In this document: positions 56,179 to 64,000 of the stretch, one piece after another
How positions within the stretch are numbered: the stretch's first letter is position 1
How the letters are laid out: every line of letters begins with the position of its first letter
NCBI GenBank assembly: GCA_023379025.1
Contig: JAMCTH010000010.1
Coordinates: forward strand, 9,088 to 73,087
Length of the DNA stretch: 64,000 bases
From: Patescibacteria group bacterium
GTDB taxonomy: Bacteria > Patescibacteriota > Microgenomatia > UBA10105 > UBA927
Direction: 5' to 3'
Translations under genes and position numbers: made by a program
The notes under the pieces: generated by a model
What the model saw: only the letters and a program-made list of their open reading frames with translations
Databases searched by the model: none
What the model was told of the DNA's origin: nothing

Positions 56179-56787
56179 TTACTTCCGCTCGCCGAGATGT
56201 TCGACCATAACCCGCAGGGGTTTGCCGCGGGGCGAAAACGTGACCCGCAGGCAGTCGGTCAAGCCTATGTATTCCTTTTCAAACGGCATCCTCGTATAGA
56301 GCGGTTTCCCGCCGTATTTGAATTTGACGCTCATGATCGGGTCGCCGTGGGAGACGACTACGATCTCCTCCCCCCGATACCGCCTGACCAGTTCCCTGAT
56401 GGTCCGGTCCATGCGCCGGAAGACATCGCTCAACCGTTCTCCCCCGGCGCGGATAAGGTGTGGCTGGAAAAAACGGAAGTGTATGGATTCCATATAGGGT
56501 AAGGGTTTTCCCTGGAGCGGCGTTTTGATATCCATAAGCCTGTTATCCGTCAAAACGGTGAGGTGGTGCGGCTTGGCGATGATCTCGGCAGTTTCCCTGG
56601 TGCGGGTCAGCGGGCTTGCGACAACGGCAGCGATGGGTTTGCCGGAAAGCGCCCGTGAGAGAACCTCTGCCTGCTTCCTCCCGCGCGGGCTCAGCGGAAA
56701 CCCCGGCAATCTCCCGTGAAAAATATTTTCCGGGTTTTCAAATTCTCCATGCCGACAGAGATAGACGATAGTTCCGGATCCTTGCAT
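56179..56787 (-). CDS. histidine phosphatase (phosphoglycerate mutase-like) family protein
   Basis: 202 aa; catalytic RHGE (LCRHGEF) and downstream His (SHGD). Confidence 0.8.
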   Translation of the reverse strand: MQGSGTIVYLCRHGEFENPENIFHGRLPGFPLSPRGRKQAEVLSRALSGKPIAAVVASPLTRTRETAEIIAKPHHLTVLTDNRLMDIKTPLQGKPLPYMESIHFRFFQPHLIRAGGERLSDVFRRMDRTIRELVRRYRGEEIVVVSHGDPIMSVKFKYGGKPLYTRMPFEKEYIGLTDCLRVTFSPRGKPLRVMVEHLGERK

Positions 56788-56806
56788 AAGCTATCTCCCT
56801 TAAGTA

Positions 56807-57547
56807 CTACCTCTCAATAGGTAGACTACCACCTTCAGGTGCCAATTGATTCCCTTCAAATGATTTACCGAGCGCATATCCTGCAAATAACCGGACCTGA
56901 CGCAGGAATTCATGCTCTGAAATGAGATGATTGTCTATCGGACAATATCGTTCACCTAATTCTGCTCTTTCTCTCTCTCTAAAACCGGCACTATCTCCGA
57001 ACCAGTCCATAAAATCAGCTCGTGAGATGGCATGGGGTCGCGCGTCATTTCTCGCAAAACGTGTGTCGACCGGTGAACGGATATCCAGAACCCAGGAATC
57101 TTCAAGCAATCCATGCGCACGCAGTCCATGGAGTAGCCAAAAAGGCGACTGATGGGCGGCAGGAGCTTCCGGTCCATAATCCATATCTTCTCCGTATGCC
57201 CATTCGACAAGGATGCATGCATCCCCGGAACCCTCATTTTTTTGAAACTCAACCAGTTCTCGAAGGATACGGTCATGCGCTCTATTGATCGTTTCCCCGT
57301 CCAGCGGATGAACCTGAAGTGATCCGATTTCCTCTCCTCCAATAATTTCGGCATGCAACCCATGGCTCACACCGTCTCCTACCTCGACATCGGCGACAAC
57401 CTCCTCATCGAATGCGATTTTATCATTCCAGATATACGCCCTCATACCCTGAACTTCCGCCAAAAATTCTATATGACTTACTGCTGCCGATTTACCGGCA
57501 CCCGACTGCCCGACAAAAAATAGTATATTCATGGCGTTTAGATACAA
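56807..57547 (-). CDS. P-loop NTPase, putative nucleotide/nucleoside kinase (paralog A)
   Basis: 246 aa; Walker A GQSGAGKS. Shares D-G-x-x-(L/I)-N-x-x-H, (I/V)LV-E-x-A-x-G and (L/I)D(I/V)-x-(S/A)P(V/L)(D/E) blocks with the two upstream ORFs. Confidence 0.65.
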   Translation of the reverse strand: MYLNAMNILFFVGQSGAGKSAAVSHIEFLAEVQGMRAYIWNDKIAFDEEVVADVEVGDGVSHGLHAEIIGGEEIGSLQVHPLDGETINRAHDRILRELVEFQKNEGSGDACILVEWAYGEDMDYGPEAPAAHQSPFWLLHGLRAHGLLEDSWVLDIRSPVDTRFARNDARPHAISRADFMDWFGDSAGFRERERAELGERYCPIDNHLISEHEFLRQVRLFAGYALGKSFEGNQLAPEGGSLPIER

Positions 57548-57577
57548 AACATCCCGACCGATCCAAATCCGTTTCTT

Positions 57578-58360
57578 CTAAAGCTCAGGATGGGGCCTAC
57601 CCACCCCTTCCAGACCAAGTTGCGGCATGATAAAATCATGAAATGCGGCCTCTATCTGTGTCATGTATATAGATGCTTCTTCCCGTGTTCTTCCCTCATT
57701 TAAAATTAGTCTATAATCTTCTCCTAAACGGGAAATGTCCTCGTCAGTCATATATCCTGCATCAAAAAAATAATCCCGAACTACATCCTCTGGTACTGCA
57801 TTTCCTATCCGCTGAGTTACGCGCTCCACACGTTGATCGAGGGGTGCACGGATATCTATAATTGCAACCTCACCAAGAAGGTCACGCTTTTCAATCCAGT
57901 CAATGACATCAGGCCCACTTTGTCTGATTGCTTCTTCGCCAGCGGTAATCTCTTTACTCACTCCCGTTGCAACTTCTGCAACAAGAATACGTCGTTTCCC
58001 TTCATGGCCATTTCTTCGCTGTGCCATAACATGATCACGGATCAGATCAAACTGCATTGCGTGCGCCCGATTGAGTACCGCCCCGTCACGATATCCCATG
58101 GTATGATTTCCTGGAACACGTCCGTCTGTTAATGTGCTGTGGTGTCCTACTCCGACGAGATCAGGATCGTAAGGATCTCCACCCTGCCGGTCAACGACAT
58201 CCAAACGCACAGCCCATTCCAAATGGAGCCGGTCATCAGAAAGGTCTGTATCGTATCCGAGTTTCCTAAGCCTCGGTAGGACAACCTGTTGTGTCAGTGT
58301 TGTCTTCCCTGCCCCCGCGTGTCCGAGGGCGATAAGGACGGATTTAGGTTGACCATTCAT
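57578..58360 (-). CDS. P-loop NTPase, putative nucleotide/nucleoside kinase (paralog B)
   Basis: 260 aa; Walker A GHAGAGKTT; RDGAVLNRAH, ILVAEVATG, IIDIRAPLDQR blocks. Confidence 0.65.
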   Translation of the reverse strand: MNGQPKSVLIALGHAGAGKTTLTQQVVLPRLRKLGYDTDLSDDRLHLEWAVRLDVVDRQGGDPYDPDLVGVGHHSTLTDGRVPGNHTMGYRDGAVLNRAHAMQFDLIRDHVMAQRRNGHEGKRRILVAEVATGVSKEITAGEEAIRQSGPDVIDWIEKRDLLGEVAIIDIRAPLDQRVERVTQRIGNAVPEDVVRDYFFDAGYMTDEDISRLGEDYRLILNEGRTREEASIYMTQIEAAFHDFIMPQLGLEGVGRPHPEL

Positions 58361-58380
58361 ATTTTAATTCTGATTCTCTT

Positions 58381-59097
58381 TTAACGTAATTCACCCTGTA
58401 TTCGGCCTTCATTGCTTAATCTTGGTGATACAATGTCCGTATATATTGTCTCTACTTCCCGTGCAAATCGCACCGGATCATGATAGCCGTTTTCTAATCG
58501 ATGAAAAAAAATACCATGAGCTTGTGCCTCCAGTGCGTCTACTTCTCCGCCATCCTGAAAGTACCGGCGGAATGTTTCATCATCCAGTCCGTCCGGTCTT
58601 CCGGAGTTCCGCAGAGCGCGAATTTCAAGGGGAGCTTCCACATCTAAAAGAAACAATCTGCCACCGGCACGAGTCTCATGAATCCCTCCCAGAAGTGATG
58701 ACCCATCTTGCAACAGTCTCTCTTTCCCCGGACCAAATTCTGCAACAGGGCCGGTAGCATATTCGACGATAACTACTGCTCCTTCTCTTTGCTGATTCCC
58801 GACATACGCAATCATTTGTTCGTGCACTTCGTTAAGTAATCTGCCGTCAGTAACCCTGAACTGCCTATGCCCCGCAGGGCCGTCATTTAAGAGAATGCTA
58901 TGATTCCCACGTAAACCTTCCGATCCGATCACTTGTCCGCGATAAGCAACATCGAGAAGTACTGCTTGCTCAAGCCAGGTTCTGTCGGATACCGTCATGA
59001 CAGTGTATCCGTCTCTCGTCAGCAATACCTCAAAAAGATCTACCACCTCTGATTTACCTGATCCGGATTTTCCAGTAACAAATAGAGTATCTATCAT
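58381..59097 (-). CDS. P-loop NTPase, putative nucleotide/nucleoside kinase (paralog C)
   Basis: 238 aa; Walker A GKSGSGKS; TDGRLLNEVH, VVIVEYATGP, LLDVEAPLEIR blocks; 4-nt overlap with tdk. Confidence 0.65.
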   Translation of the reverse strand: MIDTLFVTGKSGSGKSEVVDLFEVLLTRDGYTVMTVSDRTWLEQAVLLDVAYRGQVIGSEGLRGNHSILLNDGPAGHRQFRVTDGRLLNEVHEQMIAYVGNQQREGAVVIVEYATGPVAEFGPGKERLLQDGSSLLGGIHETRAGGRLFLLDVEAPLEIRALRNSGRPDGLDDETFRRYFQDGGEVDALEAQAHGIFFHRLENGYHDPVRFAREVETIYTDIVSPRLSNEGRIQGELR

Positions 59098-59744
59098 CCC
59101 TTATAGATTGTGTGGCAGGAAGAACAGACTGCTATGTACCGTGCTGTGACGCCGCCGGTTGTTCCGATCGACTGCTCGGTGCCGCCGGATACGCGCTCGG
59201 TGTGTTCGGCGCGTCCGCCGCATTTCACGCATATGCTGTACTGCTCGATACATTCATCAGCCATATTCATGAGGGGACGCGTTGCGCCGAACTCTTTCTT
59301 GCGAAAATCGTAAATAAGGCCATTGAGATATACATCAATCCCCTGGTTAAGAAGTGTGCGGACCACGTTGATAAACCGGTCGCGGGGGAAAAAATGGATC
59401 GCGTCGATAATGACTTTTTGGATCCCATCGCGGCCCACATAACCGAGTATTTTCTCCGGCTCATGCATACCGATATAGATGACCGGAAGCGGCCGCTCAT
59501 CGTGAGACCGGGTATGTCCCATACCACCATTACTTTTAGCTTCCGCCTTAAAACAGAGGATACTGAAACCAAGATTTGAGAGTACGGAAAAGAGAGTCAG
59601 GAGCTTTGTGGTTTTCCCGGCAAACATGGGCCCGGCGATGACCGTAAGTTTGCCTTTTGTTTTTGTCTGGGTCGCGGATCGCGCCTTTCGTCCGGAAAGG
59701 CTTGTGGGCTTGGCGGGAGTTGATTTATGCGTTTTTTTTCGCAT
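59094..59744 (-). CDS. tdk: thymidine kinase with Lys-rich N-terminal extension
   Basis: 216 aa. P-loop GPMFAGKTT; C-terminal Zn ribbon CVKCGGRA...CSSCH. About 30-aa basic N-terminal extension. Confidence 0.9.
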   Translation of the reverse strand: MRKKTHKSTPAKPTSLSGRKARSATQTKTKGKLTVIAGPMFAGKTTKLLTLFSVLSNLGFSILCFKAEAKSNGGMGHTRSHDERPLPVIYIGMHEPEKILGYVGRDGIQKVIIDAIHFFPRDRFINVVRTLLNQGIDVYLNGLIYDFRKKEFGATRPLMNMADECIEQYSICVKCGGRAEHTERVSGGTEQSIGTTGGVTARYIAVCSSCHTIYKG

Positions 59745-60372
59745 CCGGCGGTTCCAATCGTTTACGGACTACACCCCAAATAATGGATGCCACCGCTTCC
59801 ATATCCTTGGTGGCATCAACAACAACATACCGCTCATGATACTTTTTTGCAAGAGCCAAATACCCCCCATGAACCCGGAGATAAAAATCTTCCTCTTGCA
59901 CATCTAACCGGTCAATCTTCGTGTCGTTACTTCGCCGGCGCAGTCCGCTTTGGACGTCCATAAAAAGAAGTATGGTCAGATCCGGTACCGCGCCGTTTAC
60001 CGCAAGTGCGTTGAGTCTCAAAACAACATCCGGTCCGAGCCGGCGGCCGTATCCCTGATATGCAATGCTGCTGTCAAGATACCGGTCGGAAATAACTATG
60101 TTCCCGGCGGCCAGGGCGGGACCGATAACCTCACGTACATGCTGGGCGCGCGATGCGGCCATGAGATACGCTTCCGCGACAGGATCAAGGTCTACATTTT
60201 CCCGGCTATGGGTAATGGCACGGATCTCTTCACCGATACGCGTGCCTCCCGGCTCGCGGGTCACCACGGGGTCATACCCTTCTTCTTTGAGCCTGCCGGC
60301 AAGCGCAAGGGTCTGCGTCGATTTTCCCGATCCCTCACCGCCCTCGAATGTGATGAATAGCCCGTGTTTCAT
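59725..60372 (-). CDS. tmk: thymidylate (dTMP) kinase
   Basis: 215 aa; P-loop FEGGEGSGKST, DRYLDSSIAYQG (DRY/LID region). Confidence 0.9.
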   Translation of the reverse strand: MKHGLFITFEGGEGSGKSTQTLALAGRLKEEGYDPVVTREPGGTRIGEEIRAITHSRENVDLDPVAEAYLMAASRAQHVREVIGPALAAGNIVISDRYLDSSIAYQGYGRRLGPDVVLRLNALAVNGAVPDLTILLFMDVQSGLRRRSNDTKIDRLDVQEEDFYLRVHGGYLALAKKYHERYVVVDATKDMEAVASIIWGVVRKRLEPPDAKKNA

Positions 60373-60378
60373 ACAGTC

Positions 60379-61008
60379 CTAGTGTAATCCGGATGCTGGC
60401 AGAGAAGCAACCGCGGCGAGTATGTGTTCATGAATTTCGTCAATACCCGCTGATGCATCGATACGCGTGTGGGGAATATGACGGAGAACGTCCGCATAGG
60501 TCTTCCGTTTTTGAGAAAGAAGCTTAACCGATTCAAATGTGCCGATCGGTTCACCGGTCTTGGCATGCCGCAGGTTGATCCTCGTGAGGGCCCGGTCCGG
60601 AGCCATATCAAACCAGAAAAAAAGATCGGGTGACGGTTCGAATGCGGAAAATGCATCGCGTATCCGGTCACGTTCCTTTGTCGTTTTCCCCTGATAGACA
60701 AGTGCGCTCACCCAATTGCGGAGCGATATCACCCATGTACCACGGGCAAGCGCCGGCTCAAGCGTTTTCCTGACCATGCTTTCCCGGTCCGCAAGGAGAA
60801 GGTATAACTCACAGAGATGATCAATCTTTCTCGATCGCCTCCAGGCGTGAAGAACGGTCTTGAGTTCCGGAGACGGGTGGTACAGGAGTATGGCCGGCTG
60901 ATGACGGGTTTTGAGATGCCGTACCAAAAGTTTGCCCTGGGTTTCTTTGCCCGTCCCCGATATCCCTTCAAACACGATATAGTTCCCCCGGTGCATAGTG
61001 GCGTTCAC
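60379..61008 (-). CDS. thymidylate-kinase-like paralog
   Basis: 209 aa; P-loop FEGISGTGKETQ, LRNWVSALVYQG in place of DRY...AYQG; tandem to tmk. Confidence 0.75.
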   Translation of the reverse strand: MNATMHRGNYIVFEGISGTGKETQGKLLVRHLKTRHQPAILLYHPSPELKTVLHAWRRSRKIDHLCELYLLLADRESMVRKTLEPALARGTWVISLRNWVSALVYQGKTTKERDRIRDAFSAFEPSPDLFFWFDMAPDRALTRINLRHAKTGEPIGTFESVKLLSQKRKTYADVLRHIPHTRIDASAGIDEIHEHILAAVASLPASGLH

Positions 61009-61664
61009 CTCCCGATAAGGACGTCCTTTAGGGCATAGACGGTCGGAAGCGTGATGTCGGCAACATCGCTCGGCGTCTCCGACCAGACGAGGCAGGTATG
61101 CATCCCAAGGGCGCGGGCCGGCGCAAGGTCCACGGCGGGCCGGTCGCCGATCATCATATGGGAGGGCGCCGGAAGACCGGTATGTTTCATGATATACCGG
61201 AAACCCTCAACTGACGGTTTTGTCACCCCGACGGTTTCCGATGTCACCATAAGTTCAAAGGTTTCTTTCGGAATACCAAGAACGGCAAGTGTCTCGATGT
61301 GCCTTGCGATCACGCCGTTGGCGAGGATCATGTGGCGGTACCCGTGAAGCGAGCGGAACAGTGAAATGAGCTTGGGATCGCGTTTCAGGAAGTCGCGCCG
61401 GTCGAAATACCGTTCCATTTCAACGGCAGACTCGGCGACGGTCTGACCCGTCAGTACGGAAACGGTTTCCGTCGCACTTTGGATCGTCACTTTATACCGC
61501 GCTTTGAATTCACGGTCGGTCCGGTCGTAGTCCCACCCCGTATGAGCCATGATCGTTGTATATTCCGCCTGCCGCACCGCGGCAAAAAGCGCGGGATTCG
61601 GCCGGTAGAATGTACCGTCAAAATCCCATATGAGAACCCGTACGTCGGAAAACTGGGCATTCAT
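61005..61664 (-). CDS. HAD-family hydrolase, probable (deoxy)nucleotidase
   Basis: Track ORF 61005-61826 would overlap the upstream gene by 136 nt. Internal start MNAQFSDVRVLIWDFDGTFY at 61664 gives motif I DFDGT, later TKPS and MIGDR (motif IV). Confidence 0.7.
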   Translation of the reverse strand: MNAQFSDVRVLIWDFDGTFYRPNPALFAAVRQAEYTTIMAHTGWDYDRTDREFKARYKVTIQSATETVSVLTGQTVAESAVEMERYFDRRDFLKRDPKLISLFRSLHGYRHMILANGVIARHIETLAVLGIPKETFELMVTSETVGVTKPSVEGFRYIMKHTGLPAPSHMMIGDRPAVDLAPARALGMHTCLVWSETPSDVADITLPTVYALKDVLIGR

Positions 61665-61690
61665 AGATGGTATGTATTGTAGCAGACTGG

Positions 61691-62437
61691 TTATTTTTTC
61701 CGAGGCAGGTGTAAGCGTTTGGCGACCTGACCGATAAGCATCGCCTGCGCTTCCCGGCTCCGGACGATATTGAGTCCGTCCGTCTGTATGATAAGTACGG
61801 GAATCGTGCTGTTGGCTTTCAGCCAATCATGGTTGAGTTTATCAAGAAGCGCCAGATAAGACTCCGGTATTTCCTGTTCGTAGCTCCTGCCGCGGGAGGC
61901 GATACGGCGCTCTAATACCGGGACACTCGTATCAAGATACACAAAAAGCGAGGGCTTCGGAAAGTAGGGTTCAAACGAAGTATATATTTTCTGATACAGC
62001 CGCCATTCGGCATCATCCATATGTCCCAGCATATGCTGCGCCCTGGCATAACTATAGACATCCTGTTCAATAGGAGTATCCTGTATTATTCCCGGACAGT
62101 TTTTCCCCCACTGGGGATCGTTCACTTCGCTCAGGACGCGTGCCGCATCCAGAATCTGCCGCGTTTTTTCCATAAGGAAAAACGTCTGAGAATGAAAGGC
62201 CCAGCGATCCATTTCGCGGTAGAAACGCGGTAAGAATACGTTTTCCCCGAAGTTTTCCTCAAGAAGCGTAAATCCGAAAGTTTCCGAAAGTAGCCGGGCC
62301 GCGGTCGTTTTGCCGCTTCCCATCGAGCCCATGACCGAAAGGTAGAGTCGCCGCATTACTGTCTGTTGTAACACACATCCGAACGCATGAACAACGGCGA
62401 AAAATTGACATCCGACGACGGAATACCTACCATACAC
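61691..62437 (-). CDS. deoxynucleoside kinase (dCK/dGK family)
   Basis: 248 aa; P-loop GSMGSGKTT, ERR-type LID motif LERRIASRGRSYE, and QD/E-rich substrate region. Confidence 0.85.
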   Translation of the reverse strand: MYGRYSVVGCQFFAVVHAFGCVLQQTVMRRLYLSVMGSMGSGKTTAARLLSETFGFTLLEENFGENVFLPRFYREMDRWAFHSQTFFLMEKTRQILDAARVLSEVNDPQWGKNCPGIIQDTPIEQDVYSYARAQHMLGHMDDAEWRLYQKIYTSFEPYFPKPSLFVYLDTSVPVLERRIASRGRSYEQEIPESYLALLDKLNHDWLKANSTIPVLIIQTDGLNIVRSREAQAMLIGQVAKRLHLPRKK

Positions 62438-62785
62438 CTACGGGCACACATGATTGTGTACCCCGGAAAGGAGGCGGAACAAAGATCGGCAATTGCAGTT
62501 AAAAGCGTGTGGCCCCCTCTTTTTACGTAAAAAAGGGGGGGATACGAGGCAGGGGATCCCGAGCTCCAGCGAGGGAAATCGGACTTAGCAGAGAGAAAAC
62601 CGTAGGTTGTCTCTCCTAAAGCATCTGCGGAAACCCCTTGGCGGCACTTCCCGCCAGAAGAAAAACCGGAAAACGCTTTCGGTAACGGGAGCACTAAATG
62701 GCTTTTCACGAAGTCCGTATCTTCTTTATCATCACCATTCTGTCTTCTTTTCCCAATAATTGTTCGGGCATACTGGAGGTACTAT

Positions 62786-64000
62786 ATGTGCGGAATTTTC
62801 GCTGTTGTAAACGATCCGGATCATCATGCAGCGCAAACAACGCTTGACGGACTGAAAAAACTGGAGTATCGGGGGTACGATTCCTGGGGCATCGCAGTTG
62901 TAGAACACAAAAACGGTACTCTTGCAATTGAAAAACATATCGGCAAAATCGGAGGTGCAACAACGGCGTTGCCTGCCGGAGATATCGCCATCGGACACAC
63001 GCGATGGGCCACCCACGGCGGGGTGACGGACGGCAATGCCCATCCGCATGTAGACTGCTCCGGCAGAATTGTGGTGATCCATAACGGCATCGTGGAAAAT
63101 TACCAGGAGCTCAAGCAAATGCTGCTCAGGCGTCATCATAGATTTACCTCCGAAACCGATACCGAAGTCATCGCCCACCTTATCGAAGATCGGGTAAAAT
63201 CAGAGTCCGTTGAAACTGCCGTACTCGGCGTTTTTAAAAACCTTGCCGGTTCAAATGCAATCGTTGTTCTCGATGCAAAAACGAATACCATTGTCGCGTG
63301 CCGGAACGGTTCCCCTCTGGCAGCCGGCGTAGGAAAGGGGCAGTTTTTCTTAGCATCCGATGTCACGCCGTTTCTTAAATTTACCCGGGATGTAGTGTTT
63401 CTAGCCGACGGTGAAGCGGTCATCTTGACAGCAACGAAGCTCAGGCTCCTTGATATCAAAACCGGAAAAGATAAGAGATTAACGCCCAGGCGTCTTGACT
63501 GGAAACTTGAAGATGCGGAAAAGGGCGGATATCCCCATTTTCTCCTCAAGGAAATTATGGATCAGGTGACAACCGTACCGAAAACCGCGCTCATAAACCG
63601 CAATGAGATAGCACACGTAGCACGCCGTCTCGAACGTGCCGATCGGATCGTGTTTACGGCATGCGGTACGGCGTCCTACTGTGCGCTCGCCGCGACATAC
63701 TTTTTCTCCGGGGTGGGCAGAGAAACCAAATCGTACGGCGCCTACGAATATACTCCATTTTCCGGATTCGCCGGCAAAAAAACGGTGCTGTTTGCCATAT
63801 CCCAAAGCGGTGAAACGGCAGATACCCTGATTGCCGCAAGAAACGCAAAGGCGCGCGGTGCATATGTCGTCGCGGTCGTCAATGCCCGCGGATCCGCCCT
63901 TGAACGCCTGGCCGATACGACGCTCCCGGTTGGTTCCGGCCCGGAAATCGCGGTCGTCTCGACGAAAGCCTTTACTTCGCAGCTTGCAACGATGTACCTC
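62786..64000 (+). CDS. glmS: glutamine--fructose-6-phosphate aminotransferase, runs off window end
   Basis: Not in the ORF track (no stop within the window). GGAGGT RBS at 62775-62780; ATG 62786; MCGIFAVVND... (N-terminal nucleophile Cys2), RGYDSWGIA, then SIS-domain motifs (ISQSGETADT). Confidence 0.9.
   Translation, partial: MCGIFAVVNDPDHHAAQTTLDGLKKLEYRGYDSWGIAVVEHKNGTLAIEKHIGKIGGATTALPAGDIAIGHTRWATHGGVTDGNAHPHVDCSGRIVVIHNGIVENYQELKQMLLRRHHRFTSETDTEVIAHLIEDRVKSESVETAVLGVFKNLAGSNAIVVLDAKTNTIVACRNGSPLAAGVGKGQFFLASDVTPFLKFTRDVVFLADGEAVILTATKLRLLDIKTGKDKRLTPRRLDWKLEDAEKGGYPHFLLKEIMDQVTTVPKTALINRNEIAHVARRLERADRIVFTACGTASYCALAATYFFSGVGRETKSYGAYEYTPFSGFAGKKTVLFAISQSGETADTLIAARNAKARGAYVVAVVNARGSALERLADTTLPVGSGPEIAVVSTKAFTSQLATMYL

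Noticed and set aside
1-64000. CRISPR arrays, rRNA genes, transposases/integrases
   Set aside because: No regularly spaced direct repeats with unique spacers were found; the repeats seen are tandem 7-8-mers or palindromes. No rRNA-like conserved sequence. None of the ORFs shows DDE or tyrosine-recombinase motifs.

Overview
This 64-kb window is mostly housekeeping genes with dense, largely minus-strand packing and frequent 4-nt start/stop overlaps. Recognisable genes include pepA (runs off the window start), tRNA-Leu(CAA), dnaB, hisS, rpmE, a release factor, htrA, ctpA, rpsF-ssb-rpsR, ychF, cdd, dus, cysS, recR, ahcY, dnaX-ybaB, ybeY, rpsU, proS (archaeal/eukaryotic type), rseP, frr, tsf, rpsB, glyA, tdk, tmk and glmS (runs off the window end). 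GC is about 55-58 % in core genes. Several clearly AT-richer segments (17.9-19.6 kb, 36.4-38.5 kb, 48.4-50.4 kb and the 5.3-5.8 kb leader) look accessory or horizontally acquired. The overall gene content suggests a reduced-genome, Gram-positive-type, possibly CPR/Patescibacteria-like bacterium; that is an inference. The signals behind it are a class-I release factor lacking domain 1, a short EF-Ts with no pyrH between tsf and frr, an archaeal-type ProRS, r-proteins with basic tails, and heavy nucleoside salvage.

The most system-like candidates are two. The first is a five-gene minus-strand operon at 27985-32465: OmpR-type response regulator, histidine kinase, membrane-anchored FMN-binding protein, ApbE flavin transferase, and a polytopic membrane domain fused to an FNR-type NAD(P)H/FAD module. 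It looks like a minimal NQR/RNF-like or EET-like flavin-based electron conduit. The second is a nucleotide-salvage supercluster at 56.8-62.4 kb: three tandem divergent P-loop NTPase paralogs followed by tdk, tmk, a tmk paralog, a HAD nucleotidase and a deoxynucleoside kinase.

Other notable items:
- A 28-30-nt hairpin-forming palindrome present twice with a compensatory base-pair change, once in-frame inside the M24 peptidase gene and once intergenic.
- A roughly 500-bp highly structured non-coding island (36430-36940) bounded by imperfect inverted repeats, plus a recurring TGNGATTT octamer-repeat motif at four or more intergenic sites.
- Two tandem paralogous genes of unknown family.
- An NYN-nuclease island.
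- A decayed lipoprotein alpha/beta-hydrolase pseudogene.
- A strong sigma70-like promoter with a long leader in front of an unknown/amidohydrolase gene pair.
- A tentative glmS-ribozyme-like leader.

No CRISPR array, rRNA or obvious transposase was seen. My hand-counted coordinates may be off by 1-2 nt in places; ORF-track coordinates are used wherever possible.
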